Source: an uncultured Bacteroidota bacterium
GTDB lineage: Bacteria > Bacteroidota > Bacteroidia > Chitinophagales > Saprospiraceae
Direction: 5' to 3'
NCBI GenBank assembly: GCA_903933805.1
Contig: CAIZLM010000076.1
Coordinates: forward strand, 2,377 to 66,376
Length of the DNA: 64,000 bases
Both the position numbers and the translations under genes were made by a program. Position 1 is the first letter of the stretch. Every line of letters begins with the position of its first letter. Below, piece by piece: positions 40,284 to 48,149 of the stretch. Below the pieces are notes generated by a model. The model was not told the origin of the DNA. It saw nothing but the letters and a program-made list of their open reading frames with translations, and did not search any database.

Positions 40284-41013
40284 TCATACATCCAACGCAC
40301 CCACTCCACTTCTTACAAGCTCTTCCTGCAAAGCATGGCAGCATACAGCGGTGCGTTGTGCACTTGTAAAACCGCTTCCCAATTCCAATAGAAACTTCGT
40401 AATGTTTTCCACCAAGGCATTTTCTCTTTCTCTTTTATTGTATGTTTCGGTTAACGAAAGAAAATCAAATTGATATGGGTTTTTGAGCAATTGTTGCGCT
40501 AAATCTGAAGTGGTTTCGGGGAGGGTGTTTGTAAAGTTATGGATGGCTTTGCCTTGGCGTTCATATAGTATTCCATCAATGTGAAATCCTAAAATATTTC
40601 TACGCCAACCGTTTTCGATGGTTTTTTGTATATAAAATAAAGCTTCATTTACATCTTTAGACTTGCTGAATATCAATATATTATGTCCCCAAGGGATTTG
40701 GGCTACAAGGTGTTGACCAAATGGTTTTTCAGCCTGGGAAGATATTTGTAATTGGTCAACAGGCTGTTGACCAAGCCCCATATTCTCTTCTAATGCTGGC
40801 TGCCCGATCTTTACGGCCTAAAAATAGCAAGAACGAATGGGAAACAAGAAAAGAGTTTTTCGGAGTACAGCCGAGATGGTACAAATCATCCTCCAGGATG
40901 TACTCAACAAGATATATTTTGCCAAGCACGGTGTGTATGCTTCCGCCCAATAATACCTCCAAGCGCCCTGCGCCGGAGTTGTCAGTCCGTTTGAATAGGG
41001 TGGAACACGACAC
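40284..41013 (-). pseudogene. decayed YhcG/DUF1016 PD-(D/E)XK nuclease gene
   Basis: VAQIPWGHNILI...ENGWRRNIL...LYERQGKA...NPYQFDFLSL...ENITKFLLELGSGF matches the DUF1016 core but stops before the nuclease motifs. The N-terminal part (40782-41013) is in another frame. Confidence 0.6.
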
Positions 41014-41063
41014 GAGGCCAAAAATAATTTACAATAGTGCGATGCTGAATACAGTATATTGCC

Positions 41064-41141
41064 GTAACTTGTTAGGTAGGACACTGTCTGGCAAAAAATG
41101 GCCACTTTTTTTCTCTCAGACGCGACCGCGCTAACAGTTAC
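41064..41141 (+). mobile_element. MITE short (~78 bp) derivative
   Basis: Flanks ATATTGCC (41056-41063) and ACATTGCC (41142-41149) match at 7 of 8 positions. Confidence 0.8.
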
Positions 41142-41164
41142 ACATTGCCAACATAATTGATGCT

Positions 41165-42412
41165 ATGCTACGTTATTTCACACTACTTTTTATCGGCGCG
41201 GCCGTGGCCATTATGCCGTTCTGTACAAAAACCGACCTGTTTGAGCTTACGCTTACGGGGTTTCGGTACGATGCGAGTTACCCCAGTAATTGTTGGGTTA
41301 TTTTGCACGAAGCGGGTGGAAAGGTACTGGATGTGCAGCGTTTTTACCCGACACCGGATGTGCAGGATTACCATTTCAGTACGGATGCCCTCGGTGCTAC
41401 GGACACATGCTACCTTACCATTGCGCAGCACCGGTTGAGCAACGGTTTTTTATCCCTTATCACAATGCCAGACATTGGTTCCGGACAACACCCGTTCGTG
41501 CAGTATCTGAATGTGTCCCCCAATAATCGTAATTGCAGCAAGGTTTCCTGTGATTTAACCATCCAGAATGCGCCTGAAACGGCGTATATGTCCTGTGGTT
41601 CCGGCGACAAAGTGATATTTTCTATCGAGCCTCCGGATCTAAAGGCGTTGGTAGGTGCGAGCAGCGGCGGAAGTGGCATCGCTTTGGCCTTGAAAGCCCA
41701 AAACGAAGTCGATCCGCGGTTCTATTGGATACCGGACAACGGCAGCGACTTCTTAATTGATACGCTCGATTATAATGATTTTGTACCGGACTGGCTCGTT
41801 TCCGATTTCAGTTTCCCGTTTAATTCCAAATGGCAATACACGGTGAGCGGCGTTACCGAAGAAGGAAATAACCCGGTGTTTGGGTATCTGAGCATCAAGG
41901 AGGCAAAAAACGGTGATCCACTGACGAATCATTTCAGCATCCGTCGGCCGGAACAAGTACCTTTTGAAAGTTTGTGGGTTTCGGCATTGGATACCGAGAA
42001 CGGCAAATATTATGAAAAGTTCGTTCCTGTGGGCAGTGCATACGCCTTCCCGGATGTTCCGTTTCGGACCAAAAACCTCAATTTTGACAACAGTGCTTAT
42101 GTAACCTGTAGTACCGAGGGCGATTTCGATGCCTTGCAAATCTACCTTTTCGGTGATACCGGCAAAACATTCTGGTCGATAGAAGGCCCGGCTGACGATC
42201 TAAAAGCCATCACCATGCCCCAAGTACCGGATTCGCTGGTTCAACAATGGCCGAAACTAAATGCCTTTAGCATAGGGTACACAATATGTGGCGAAATTGA
42301 CGGTATTGACGGTTTTGGGGGGTTATCGCTTCTTGATCCTGAGGCAGTTTTTGCTTCCTCTTACTGGCGTGCCAAACGTGGCTATCGGGCCCAGTTTAAG
42401 TCATGGCATTAA
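41165..42412 (+). CDS. hypothetical lipoprotein
   Basis: 415-aa ORF with a MLRYFTLLFIGAAVAIMPFC lipobox-like N-terminus and host-like G+C. No family recognised. Confidence 0.6.
   Translation: MLRYFTLLFIGAAVAIMPFCTKTDLFELTLTGFRYDASYPSNCWVILHEAGGKVLDVQRFYPTPDVQDYHFSTDALGATDTCYLTIAQHRLSNGFLSLITMPDIGSGQHPFVQYLNVSPNNRNCSKVSCDLTIQNAPETAYMSCGSGDKVIFSIEPPDLKALVGASSGGSGIALALKAQNEVDPRFYWIPDNGSDFLIDTLDYNDFVPDWLVSDFSFPFNSKWQYTVSGVTEEGNNPVFGYLSIKEAKNGDPLTNHFSIRRPEQVPFESLWVSALDTENGKYYEKFVPVGSAYAFPDVPFRTKNLNFDNSAYVTCSTEGDFDALQIYLFGDTGKTFWSIEGPADDLKAITMPQVPDSLVQQWPKLNAFSIGYTICGEIDGIDGFGGLSLLDPEAVFASSYWRAKRGYRAQFKSWH
41176..41270 (+). repeat. direct repeat copy 1 (5' end of CDS 41165-42412)
   Basis: ~95 bp, roughly 88-90% identical by hand alignment to 44065-44162. 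Confidence 0.8.
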
Positions 42413-42449
42413 AACGGCGGGGTCGCGCCGGACAATAGTTTCTGAATGT

Positions 42450-42611
42450 GTAACTGGTTCGCGTGGCCGCGTCTGAGACAAAAAAGTCGCCATTTTTTGC
42501 CAGACGAAGCGGATTTTTTTGACCGTAGCGGCGCTACGGTCAAAAAAATGGGCGAAGTATGGCGGGAAATGGGCCTTTTTGGGCCAGACAGCGTGCCTGC
42601 TAACCAGTTAC
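42450..42611 (-). mobile_element. MITE-like element, full length, perfect 8-bp target-site duplication
   Basis: CTGAATGT at 42442-42449 and 42612-42619. Differs from copy 45133-45294 at only 2 positions by hand alignment. Confidence 0.9.
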
Positions 42612-42634
42612 CTGAATGTAAGCCTCCCATGAAT

Positions 42635-42729
42635 CCCATATTCTCTTCTATTTCTGGCTGTCCGATCTTTACGGTCCTAAAAATAGCAAGAACAAATGGG
42701 CAACAAGAACAGCGTTTGCCGGAGTACGG
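42635..42729 (-). pseudogene. ~95-bp paralogous fragment of the DUF1016 N-terminal region
   Basis: Aligns base for base, with a few substitutions and one 1-nt indel, to 40777-40868 (cccatattctcttcta...ggagtac). Confidence 0.55.
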
Positions 42730-42731
42730 AT

Positions 42732-42775
42732 GAATACCGGATATGCAATATGGGGTTCGTGGGAGGCTTGCGTCC
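42732..42775. repeat. ~45-bp border motif, copy C
   Basis: gaataccggatatgcaatatggggttcgtgggaggcttgcgtcc, 23 nt downstream of the acyltransferase stop. Confidence 0.7.
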
Positions 42776-42798
42776 AAACCAAATTTTCGAGGCGGAGC

Positions 42799-43911
42799 TT
42801 ACCCCGAGACATGAATTTTATCCCGCAGTTTTGTCATGGGATTTTCAAACATACGGTATAAAAAATAGGAACAAAAAATCGTCAAAAACCAATAAAGGCA
42901 ATAGTTTTGTACATAAACATCTTCGATGGGCAGATTTGGCATGCACAATAATCTATGTAAGATTGGCATTATTACAAGTTGTACTGCTGAATAATTTAAC
43001 AAGTACATTGAATATGAGATGACGCTGATAAAAATAAAAAAGCCATCGAGCGCCTTTATTTTGGTTGTTTTAAAAGAAGACAAGAAAGGCAGAAAACAAA
43101 ATGTTATTATGGATTCTATATTGAAATATAGTGGCGTGTAATAGCCTTTGAAATGTAAAGGATCAATCAATAAAAATATTCCGAGTGCTAAAAAGTAGTA
43201 CTTGTACTTGACCCAAAACACAGGTTGTTTAAATAGAATATAAGCCGCAACCACGCCATACATGATACTATCTAAACGAAGAATCATAATTTTTCGAAAT
43301 TCACCATCAATGTCATTGATGCCAATACCGTGTTCAAATTTTATTATTCTGATTATCAGGGGAAAAAGAAGAAATATTAGTGCAGAAAATAGAATTGATC
43401 TCGTTTTATTTTTCAGAAACGTATGAAATACATAGCAAGACAAGGGAAATAAGAGGTAAAACCACTCTTCAATCGTCAAGCTCCACGCTTCCCCAAAGAA
43501 ATTTGGATGGGGCGATGAAAAATTCTGAGAAAATATTAGGTAGGTGAGGTTGAAATTACCCACACTTCTAGTTTGATATATGTTATACGCCAATACGCCG
43601 AATAAAACAAGAAAGTAATTTGGGATGGTCCTGAACCACCTGCGTATCCAAAAATTTAGTACGTCTGTCTTGGTGAAATTTGTTTGGGTTATTATTTTTA
43701 ATAGAATTCCACCAATCAAAAAACCGCTCAGAACAAAAAAGAGTGAAACGCCGTCAATTACCAAAAATTTAAAGTAAAAACCGTGATATCTTTTAGGAAT
43801 CAGATTGCTCCCGTGAGCGTACACCACGATCAAAATCGCGATACTGCGTAGGATATCCAATCCTATGATTCTTTCTTGGTGTTGTGGCACCAAATTCTTG
43901 AAAATATGCAT
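42799..43911 (-). CDS. acyltransferase family 3 membrane protein
   Basis: ATG at 43911. MHIFKNLVPQHQERIIGLDILRSIAILIVVYAHG is the acyltransferase-3 N-terminus, followed by ~10 hydrophobic helices. AT-rich. Confidence 0.8.
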   Translation of the reverse strand: MHIFKNLVPQHQERIIGLDILRSIAILIVVYAHGSNLIPKRYHGFYFKFLVIDGVSLFFVLSGFLIGGILLKIITQTNFTKTDVLNFWIRRWFRTIPNYFLVLFGVLAYNIYQTRSVGNFNLTYLIFSQNFSSPHPNFFGEAWSLTIEEWFYLLFPLSCYVFHTFLKNKTRSILFSALIFLLFPLIIRIIKFEHGIGINDIDGEFRKIMILRLDSIMYGVVAAYILFKQPVFWVKYKYYFLALGIFLLIDPLHFKGYYTPLYFNIESIITFCFLPFLSSFKTTKIKALDGFFIFISVISYSMYLLNYSAVQLVIMPILHRLLCMPNLPIEDVYVQNYCLYWFLTIFCSYFLYRMFENPMTKLRDKIHVSG

Positions 43912-44001
43912 GGGCTGATAAATGATGTATGGATTGACAATTGTGTAATAGTCAACACAAAGTGGTTGGGAATGAAGTGGGATTGCAATCATGTTAAAAT
44001 T

Positions 44002-44067
44002 GCAACTGGTTGGGTAGCTTGCTGTCTGGCCCAAAGTCGTCATTATCCGCCACACTTCGCAGGTTTT
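44002..44067 (+). repeat. MITE left half, truncated
   Basis: gcaactggttgggtagcttgctgtctggcccaaagtcgtcattatccgccacacttcgcaggtttt, then an abrupt junction with the duplicated gene 5' end. Confidence 0.7.
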
Positions 44068-44162
44068 CACACTATTTTTTATCGGCGCGGCAGTGGCCAT
44101 TATGCCGTTCTGTACAAAAACAGACCTGTTTGAACTTACTACCCTTACTCGGTTTCGGCACG
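44065..44162 (+). pseudogene. orphan duplicate of the 5' end of the 41165 lipoprotein gene
   Basis: Would encode ...TLFFIGAAVAIMPFCTKTDLFELT... but has no start codon and a stop follows shortly. It abuts the truncated MITE at 44002-44067. Confidence 0.65.
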
Positions 44163-44290
44163 GCGCCACTTCTTACATACAACCGTTGGGAAATTATAGG
44201 GGCAATAAATGATCAGGTCGCATGGACATATCCACATGGGAAAGTTGATAAATCGCAACTTTTCGGCTATTTTTGTATCAAAATTTGACA

Positions 44291-45136
44291 ATGCAGTTCG
44301 CTGATATAAAAAACGACATAGCTTTTCGCAAGATTTTTGGCAACGAGCAGAAAACAGCTCCGCTCATCTCGTTTTTAAACGCTTCTTTGGAGTTGGAAGG
44401 CGCTCATCAAGTGGCCAGTGTCACTATTGCTAACCCATACCAGTTCCCACGTATCGCAGGAGAGAAGGCAACCATTCTGGATGTTCGGGCCACTGACCAA
44501 TCGGGTAGAAAATTTGTGGTGGAAATGCAGGTGGCTGACAAGACAGGTTTCGATAAGCGAGTACAGTACTATATCTCGCGGGATTACTCCATGCAGATAG
44601 ATAAGGGAGAGGATTACCCACTACTGCACCCTGCGTACTTTATTGGAATTTTGGATTTCCCATTTGGTGCTGACACAGACTACCACACCCGGCACTTGAT
44701 CATGAACAAGGTGATCGATGAGCATTTATTGAAAGATATTCAGTTTTCATTCATCGAACTGCCCAAGTTTACGAAAGAGATAAACCAGTTAGAAACACCA
44801 ATTGACAAGTGGACTTATTTCATCAAGCATTCGGAAGAACTGCACGTTATTCCCGATTTTGCAAATGAAGACGAGGGCTTGAAAACTGCCTTTTTGGAAG
44901 CAGATAAGTACCAATGGAGCAAGGAAGAATTGAAGGCTTATGATAACGTGACAATTAAAGAGCAGGATGAGCGGGGAGAGAAGGAAATCATCGCACAAAA
45001 GGCACGGGATGCTCGGGAGATTGAAGCTGTTGTTGGGTTACATCAAAACCGTGTCCCTTTGGCCATAATTGCTAAGTCACTAAATATGTCAGAAGAACAA
45101 GTATTGCAAATTATTGGCAATCAAACAAATAAGTAA
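44291..45136 (+). CDS. Rpn-family recombination-promoting nuclease / putative transposase (PD-(D/E)XK, YhgA-like)
   Basis: MQFADIKNDIAFRKIFG start and ILDVRATDQSGRKFVVEMQV (D...E.Q catalytic core), ~280 aa. The stop TAA lies inside the GTAAC terminus of the next MITE. Confidence 0.75.
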   Translation: MQFADIKNDIAFRKIFGNEQKTAPLISFLNASLELEGAHQVASVTIANPYQFPRIAGEKATILDVRATDQSGRKFVVEMQVADKTGFDKRVQYYISRDYSMQIDKGEDYPLLHPAYFIGILDFPFGADTDYHTRHLIMNKVIDEHLLKDIQFSFIELPKFTKEINQLETPIDKWTYFIKHSEELHVIPDFANEDEGLKTAFLEADKYQWSKEELKAYDNVTIKEQDERGEKEIIAQKARDAREIEAVVGLHQNRVPLAIIAKSLNMSEEQVLQIIGNQTNK

Positions 45137-45294
45137 CTGGTTCGCGTGGCCGCGTCTGAGACAAAAAAGTCGCCATTTTTTGCCAGTCGAAGCGGATTTT
45201 TTTGACCGTAGCGGCGCTACGGTCAAAAAAATGGGCGAAGTATGGCGGGAAATGGGCCTTTTTGGGCCAGACAGCGTGCCTCCTAACCAGTTAC
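45133..45294 (-). mobile_element. MITE-like element, full length; right border of the low-GC island
   Basis: Near-identical to 42450-42611. Its first GTAAC supplies the TAA stop of the Rpn gene. Confidence 0.9.
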
Positions 45295-45326
45295 AATATC
45301 GCAATGGTCTTGTATATTCTTGAAAA

Positions 45327-46163
45327 CTACACGGATACCGCGTATTCCCGCAAGGCCTCGTTCAGGGACACTTTTTTATCCGTACTTTCTTGCCGTTGCC
45401 CGATGATGAGCGCACAGGCAACCTGATACGTTCCGGCTGGGTATTGGCGGGGGTAGGTACCCGGTATCACGACCGCGCGTGCGGGAACTTTTCCTTTGTA
45501 AACAACCGGTTCGGATCCTGTTACATCAATGATGTGCGTGCTTTGGGTCAACACAACATTGGCGCCAAGCACCGCTTCCCGTCCGATGTGTACGCCCTCT
45601 ACGACAATACAGCGTGAACCGATGAAACACTCATCTTCAATGATGGTTGGGGTCGCCTGTGGGGGTTCCAGCACCCCGCCGATACCCACACCGCCAGCGA
45701 GGTGTACATTGCGCCCAATTTGAGCACAGGAGCCCACCGTTGCCCAGGTATCCACCATGGTGCCACCACCGACCCAAGCCCCGATATTGACGTAGGAAGG
45801 CATCAGGATTGCCCCTTTTTCAATGAAAGATCCATATCGTGCCAACGCTTGGGGCACAACGCGTACCCCCCTTGCGGCGAAGCCCTTTTTAAGTGGAATC
45901 TTGTCGTGGTATTCAAAAGGACCCACCTCGATGGTCAGCATTTCCTGGATGGGGAAGTACAGCACGATTGCTTTCTTAATCCATTCGTGCGTAATCCAGT
46001 CTTGTGGTATGGTGCTGTTCGTGTTGGGGGATGGTTCTGCGACACGGAGTTCACCGATATCCAGTTTTTCAATAACCTCCCGGATGGCTTTTTTGGTTTC
46101 CCAGTGTTGTAAGAGCGTACGGTCGAGCCAAGCTGCCTCGATGATTTCTTTTAAGGCTGTCAT
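45327..46163 (-). CDS. dapD: 2,3,4,5-tetrahydropyridine-2,6-dicarboxylate N-succinyltransferase
   Basis: Full-length DapD-like sequence with hexapeptide repeats (GAWVGGGTMVDTWATVGSCAQIGRNVHLAGGVGIGGVLEP). Confidence 0.9.
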   Translation of the reverse strand: MTALKEIIEAAWLDRTLLQHWETKKAIREVIEKLDIGELRVAEPSPNTNSTIPQDWITHEWIKKAIVLYFPIQEMLTIEVGPFEYHDKIPLKKGFAARGVRVVPQALARYGSFIEKGAILMPSYVNIGAWVGGGTMVDTWATVGSCAQIGRNVHLAGGVGIGGVLEPPQATPTIIEDECFIGSRCIVVEGVHIGREAVLGANVVLTQSTHIIDVTGSEPVVYKGKVPARAVVIPGTYPRQYPAGTYQVACALIIGQRQESTDKKVSLNEALREYAVSV

Positions 46164-46179
46164 ATATTTTTATTGTAGA

Positions 46180-46342
46180 GTAACTGGTTAGGTGGCACGC
46201 TGTCTGGCCCAAAAAGGCCCATTTTTCGCCATACTTCGCATATTTTTTTGACCGTAGCGCTGCTACGGCCTGCAAAAATCTGCTTCGTCTGACAAAAAAT
46301 GGCCACTTTTTTGTCTCAGACGCGACCACGCTAACCAGTTAC
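46180..46342 (+). mobile_element. MITE-like element, full length, perfect 8-bp target-site duplication
   Basis: ATTGTAGA at 46172-46179 and 46343-46350. This is the closest copy to the consensus. Confidence 0.9.
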
Positions 46343-46350
46343 ATTGTAGA

Positions 46351-46368
46351 GTAACTGGTTAGCGTGGC
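46351..46368. repeat. solo MITE terminus
   Basis: gtaactggttagcgtggc, directly after the duplicated ATTGTAGA. Confidence 0.6.
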
Positions 46369-46386
46369 ATTGAGAAAGGCATTCAA

Positions 46387-47148
46387 TCAACCTGTTAGCA
46401 GTACTGCGATCAGGTAGTCTGCCAACAAAATAAAAATGTCGCTGAACACCACTGCGCGGGTGCTGGCATGACCGAGTTCAATGCTGCCGCCTTTTACGAA
46501 ATAGCCTTGATAGCAGGATATTGAGGTTAGGATGTATGCAAAAACCACTGCTTTTACGTACATCATGAACACGTTGTACGGTACAAAAAACGAGCGAACA
46601 CCGTGGATGTATTCGTCATCCGTGATCAGTCCGGTGGGTACGGTGGAAAGGTATCCACCGATAACGGCAACAAAGGCAGACAAGGTGACCAGCAATGGGA
46701 TTACGACCAACCCGGCGATTACTTTGGGCATGATGAGGTATGCCGCCGTATTTACCCCCATCACTTCCATGGCGTCGATGTGTTCTTTTTGTCGCATACC
46801 ACCGATTTCAGCGGCCATATTAGACCCCACTTTTCCTGCGAGTACCAAACCTGTGATGGTGGGCGAAAGTTCTATGAGGGCCAAATCGCGCACGATATAG
46901 CCGATATAGTAGCTTGGCACCAATTGACCATCCAGTTGGTAGGCAAATTGGAGTGCAGCCACTGCACCGATAAAGATAGAGATAAGGCACACAATGATCA
47001 CGGATCCGACGCCGATGTCGTTCATTTGTCGCGCGGTCTCCTTCCAGTACATGGAAAATTTTTCAGGGCGGCTGAATGCGTGTTTCATCATCAGCAGGTA
47101 CTCGCCCAGATTATGGAGGTAATTGTATTTTTTCAGCACTTGAAGCAT
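46387..47148 (-). CDS. mlaE: MlaE-family ABC transporter permease
   Basis: 253 aa with the typical MlaE N-terminus (...FSRPEKFSMYWKETARQMNDIGVGSVIIV) and EIGGMRQKEHIDAMEVMG motif. Confidence 0.8.
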   Translation of the reverse strand: MLQVLKKYNYLHNLGEYLLMMKHAFSRPEKFSMYWKETARQMNDIGVGSVIIVCLISIFIGAVAALQFAYQLDGQLVPSYYIGYIVRDLALIELSPTITGLVLAGKVGSNMAAEIGGMRQKEHIDAMEVMGVNTAAYLIMPKVIAGLVVIPLLVTLSAFVAVIGGYLSTVPTGLITDDEYIHGVRSFFVPYNVFMMYVKAVVFAYILTSISCYQGYFVKGGSIELGHASTRAVVFSDIFILLADYLIAVLLTG

Positions 47149-47300
47149 TGTGGCAGGGTTGGGTTGATTTTTTCAACTTTTCTGGGCGTAAAATTCGCCT
47201 TAAAAGGTTGAGTTTTTTTGAAAATCTTTGACTTATCTAAAATTGATGCCAGGAGGTTTCCGGAGGAACTGTAATTGGGCCTACCTTTGCGGTCAAAAAC

Positions 47301-48008
47301 ATGCCAAAAACAGCAGTTATTACCGGTTCTACCAAGGGATTGGGACGTGCCATTGCAGAAGTTTTTGCTGAAAACGGCTTTGATATTTGTGTTTGCGCCC
47401 GTACGGAGCGTGATTTGAATGATATGCAGGCTTTTTGGGCGGTGCATTTTCCGACGCGGAAGTTGTATCCTTTTAGGGCCGATTTGAGCAAGGTCACAGA
47501 AGTGCTGGCATTCGGCGCGTTTGTACAAGGTACTTGGTCATCGCTTGATGTATTGGTCAACAATGCGGGGTTGTACCTTCCCGGTACTGCTATGGCCAAA
47601 CCCGAGGGCACATTGGAGCATTTGTTGGCATTGAATCTGTACAGCGCCTATTACCTCACGCAAGCATTATCCCCGTTAATGGTGCCATTCCGCAAGGGTT
47701 ATGTGTTTAATATGTGCAGTATTGCCAGTTTTTTAGCGTATCCCAATGCTGCATTGTACAGTATTTCAAAATTTGCGCTGTTGGGGTTTTCAAAATCATT
47801 GCGCGAAGAAATGAAGGTCCATGGCATTAAAGTGACCGCCATCATGCCGGGCGCCACTTGGTCTGACGCTTGGACTGGCGCGCCTTTTCCCCAGGACCGG
47901 CTCATGAAGGCCTCTGATGTTGCCAAGGCCATCTGGGGTTGTTACACCCTTTCTGAAACTGCGGTGGTGGAAGAGCTGTTGATAAGGCCTCAGTTGGGAG
48001 ATTTGTGA
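47301..48008 (+). CDS. SDR-family oxidoreductase
   Basis: TGSTKGLGRAIA (TGxxxGxG), NNAG and YSISK (YxxxK) motifs. Confidence 0.8.
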   Translation: MPKTAVITGSTKGLGRAIAEVFAENGFDICVCARTERDLNDMQAFWAVHFPTRKLYPFRADLSKVTEVLAFGAFVQGTWSSLDVLVNNAGLYLPGTAMAKPEGTLEHLLALNLYSAYYLTQALSPLMVPFRKGYVFNMCSIASFLAYPNAALYSISKFALLGFSKSLREEMKVHGIKVTAIMPGATWSDAWTGAPFPQDRLMKASDVAKAIWGCYTLSETAVVEELLIRPQLGDL

Positions 48009-48149
48009 TCAGCCAGGTAAAACTGCGCGGGTTAAGGAATCGTCTAAAGTTATTTCTGGTGGTTCATGCGGATAATACTTTGTGCAAAAATGACGTTCAT
48101 CACACTAAAGAACGCGCTGTAAGCAGGAGTGGCATACCTTTGTGGTGCT

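Noticed and set aside
42446-42733. ORFs whose peptides recur (WPRLRQKSRHFLP.EADFFDRSGATVKKMGEVWREMGLFGPDSVP at 42446 and 45114; similar ones at 28157, 46069, 13797 and 3685)
   Set aside because: The recurrence arises because they read through MITE copies. Frames break at the element ends, and the orientation relative to neighbours is random.
42750-42770. tRNA T-arm-like string ggggttcgtgg in the 45-bp border motif (possible tRNA-derived att site)
   Set aside because: No complementary T-stem, acceptor stem or anticodon arm can be drawn around it in any of the three copies.
39122-42775. Reading the 45-bp motif as integron attC sites
   Set aside because: No intI-type integrase is in the window. 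The motif lacks the imperfect internal palindrome and the GTTRRRY core of attC. I kept it only as an unexplained border repeat (see findings).
46190-46206. Sigma-54 promoter-like string TGGCACGCTGTCTGGC inside the MITE left end, tempting given the NtrC-type activator in the window
   Set aside because: The -12 element reads CTGG/TTGG instead of TTGC, so the conserved GC is shifted by one. Only about 2 of 9 long copies point toward a downstream gene. There is no consistent promoter geometry.
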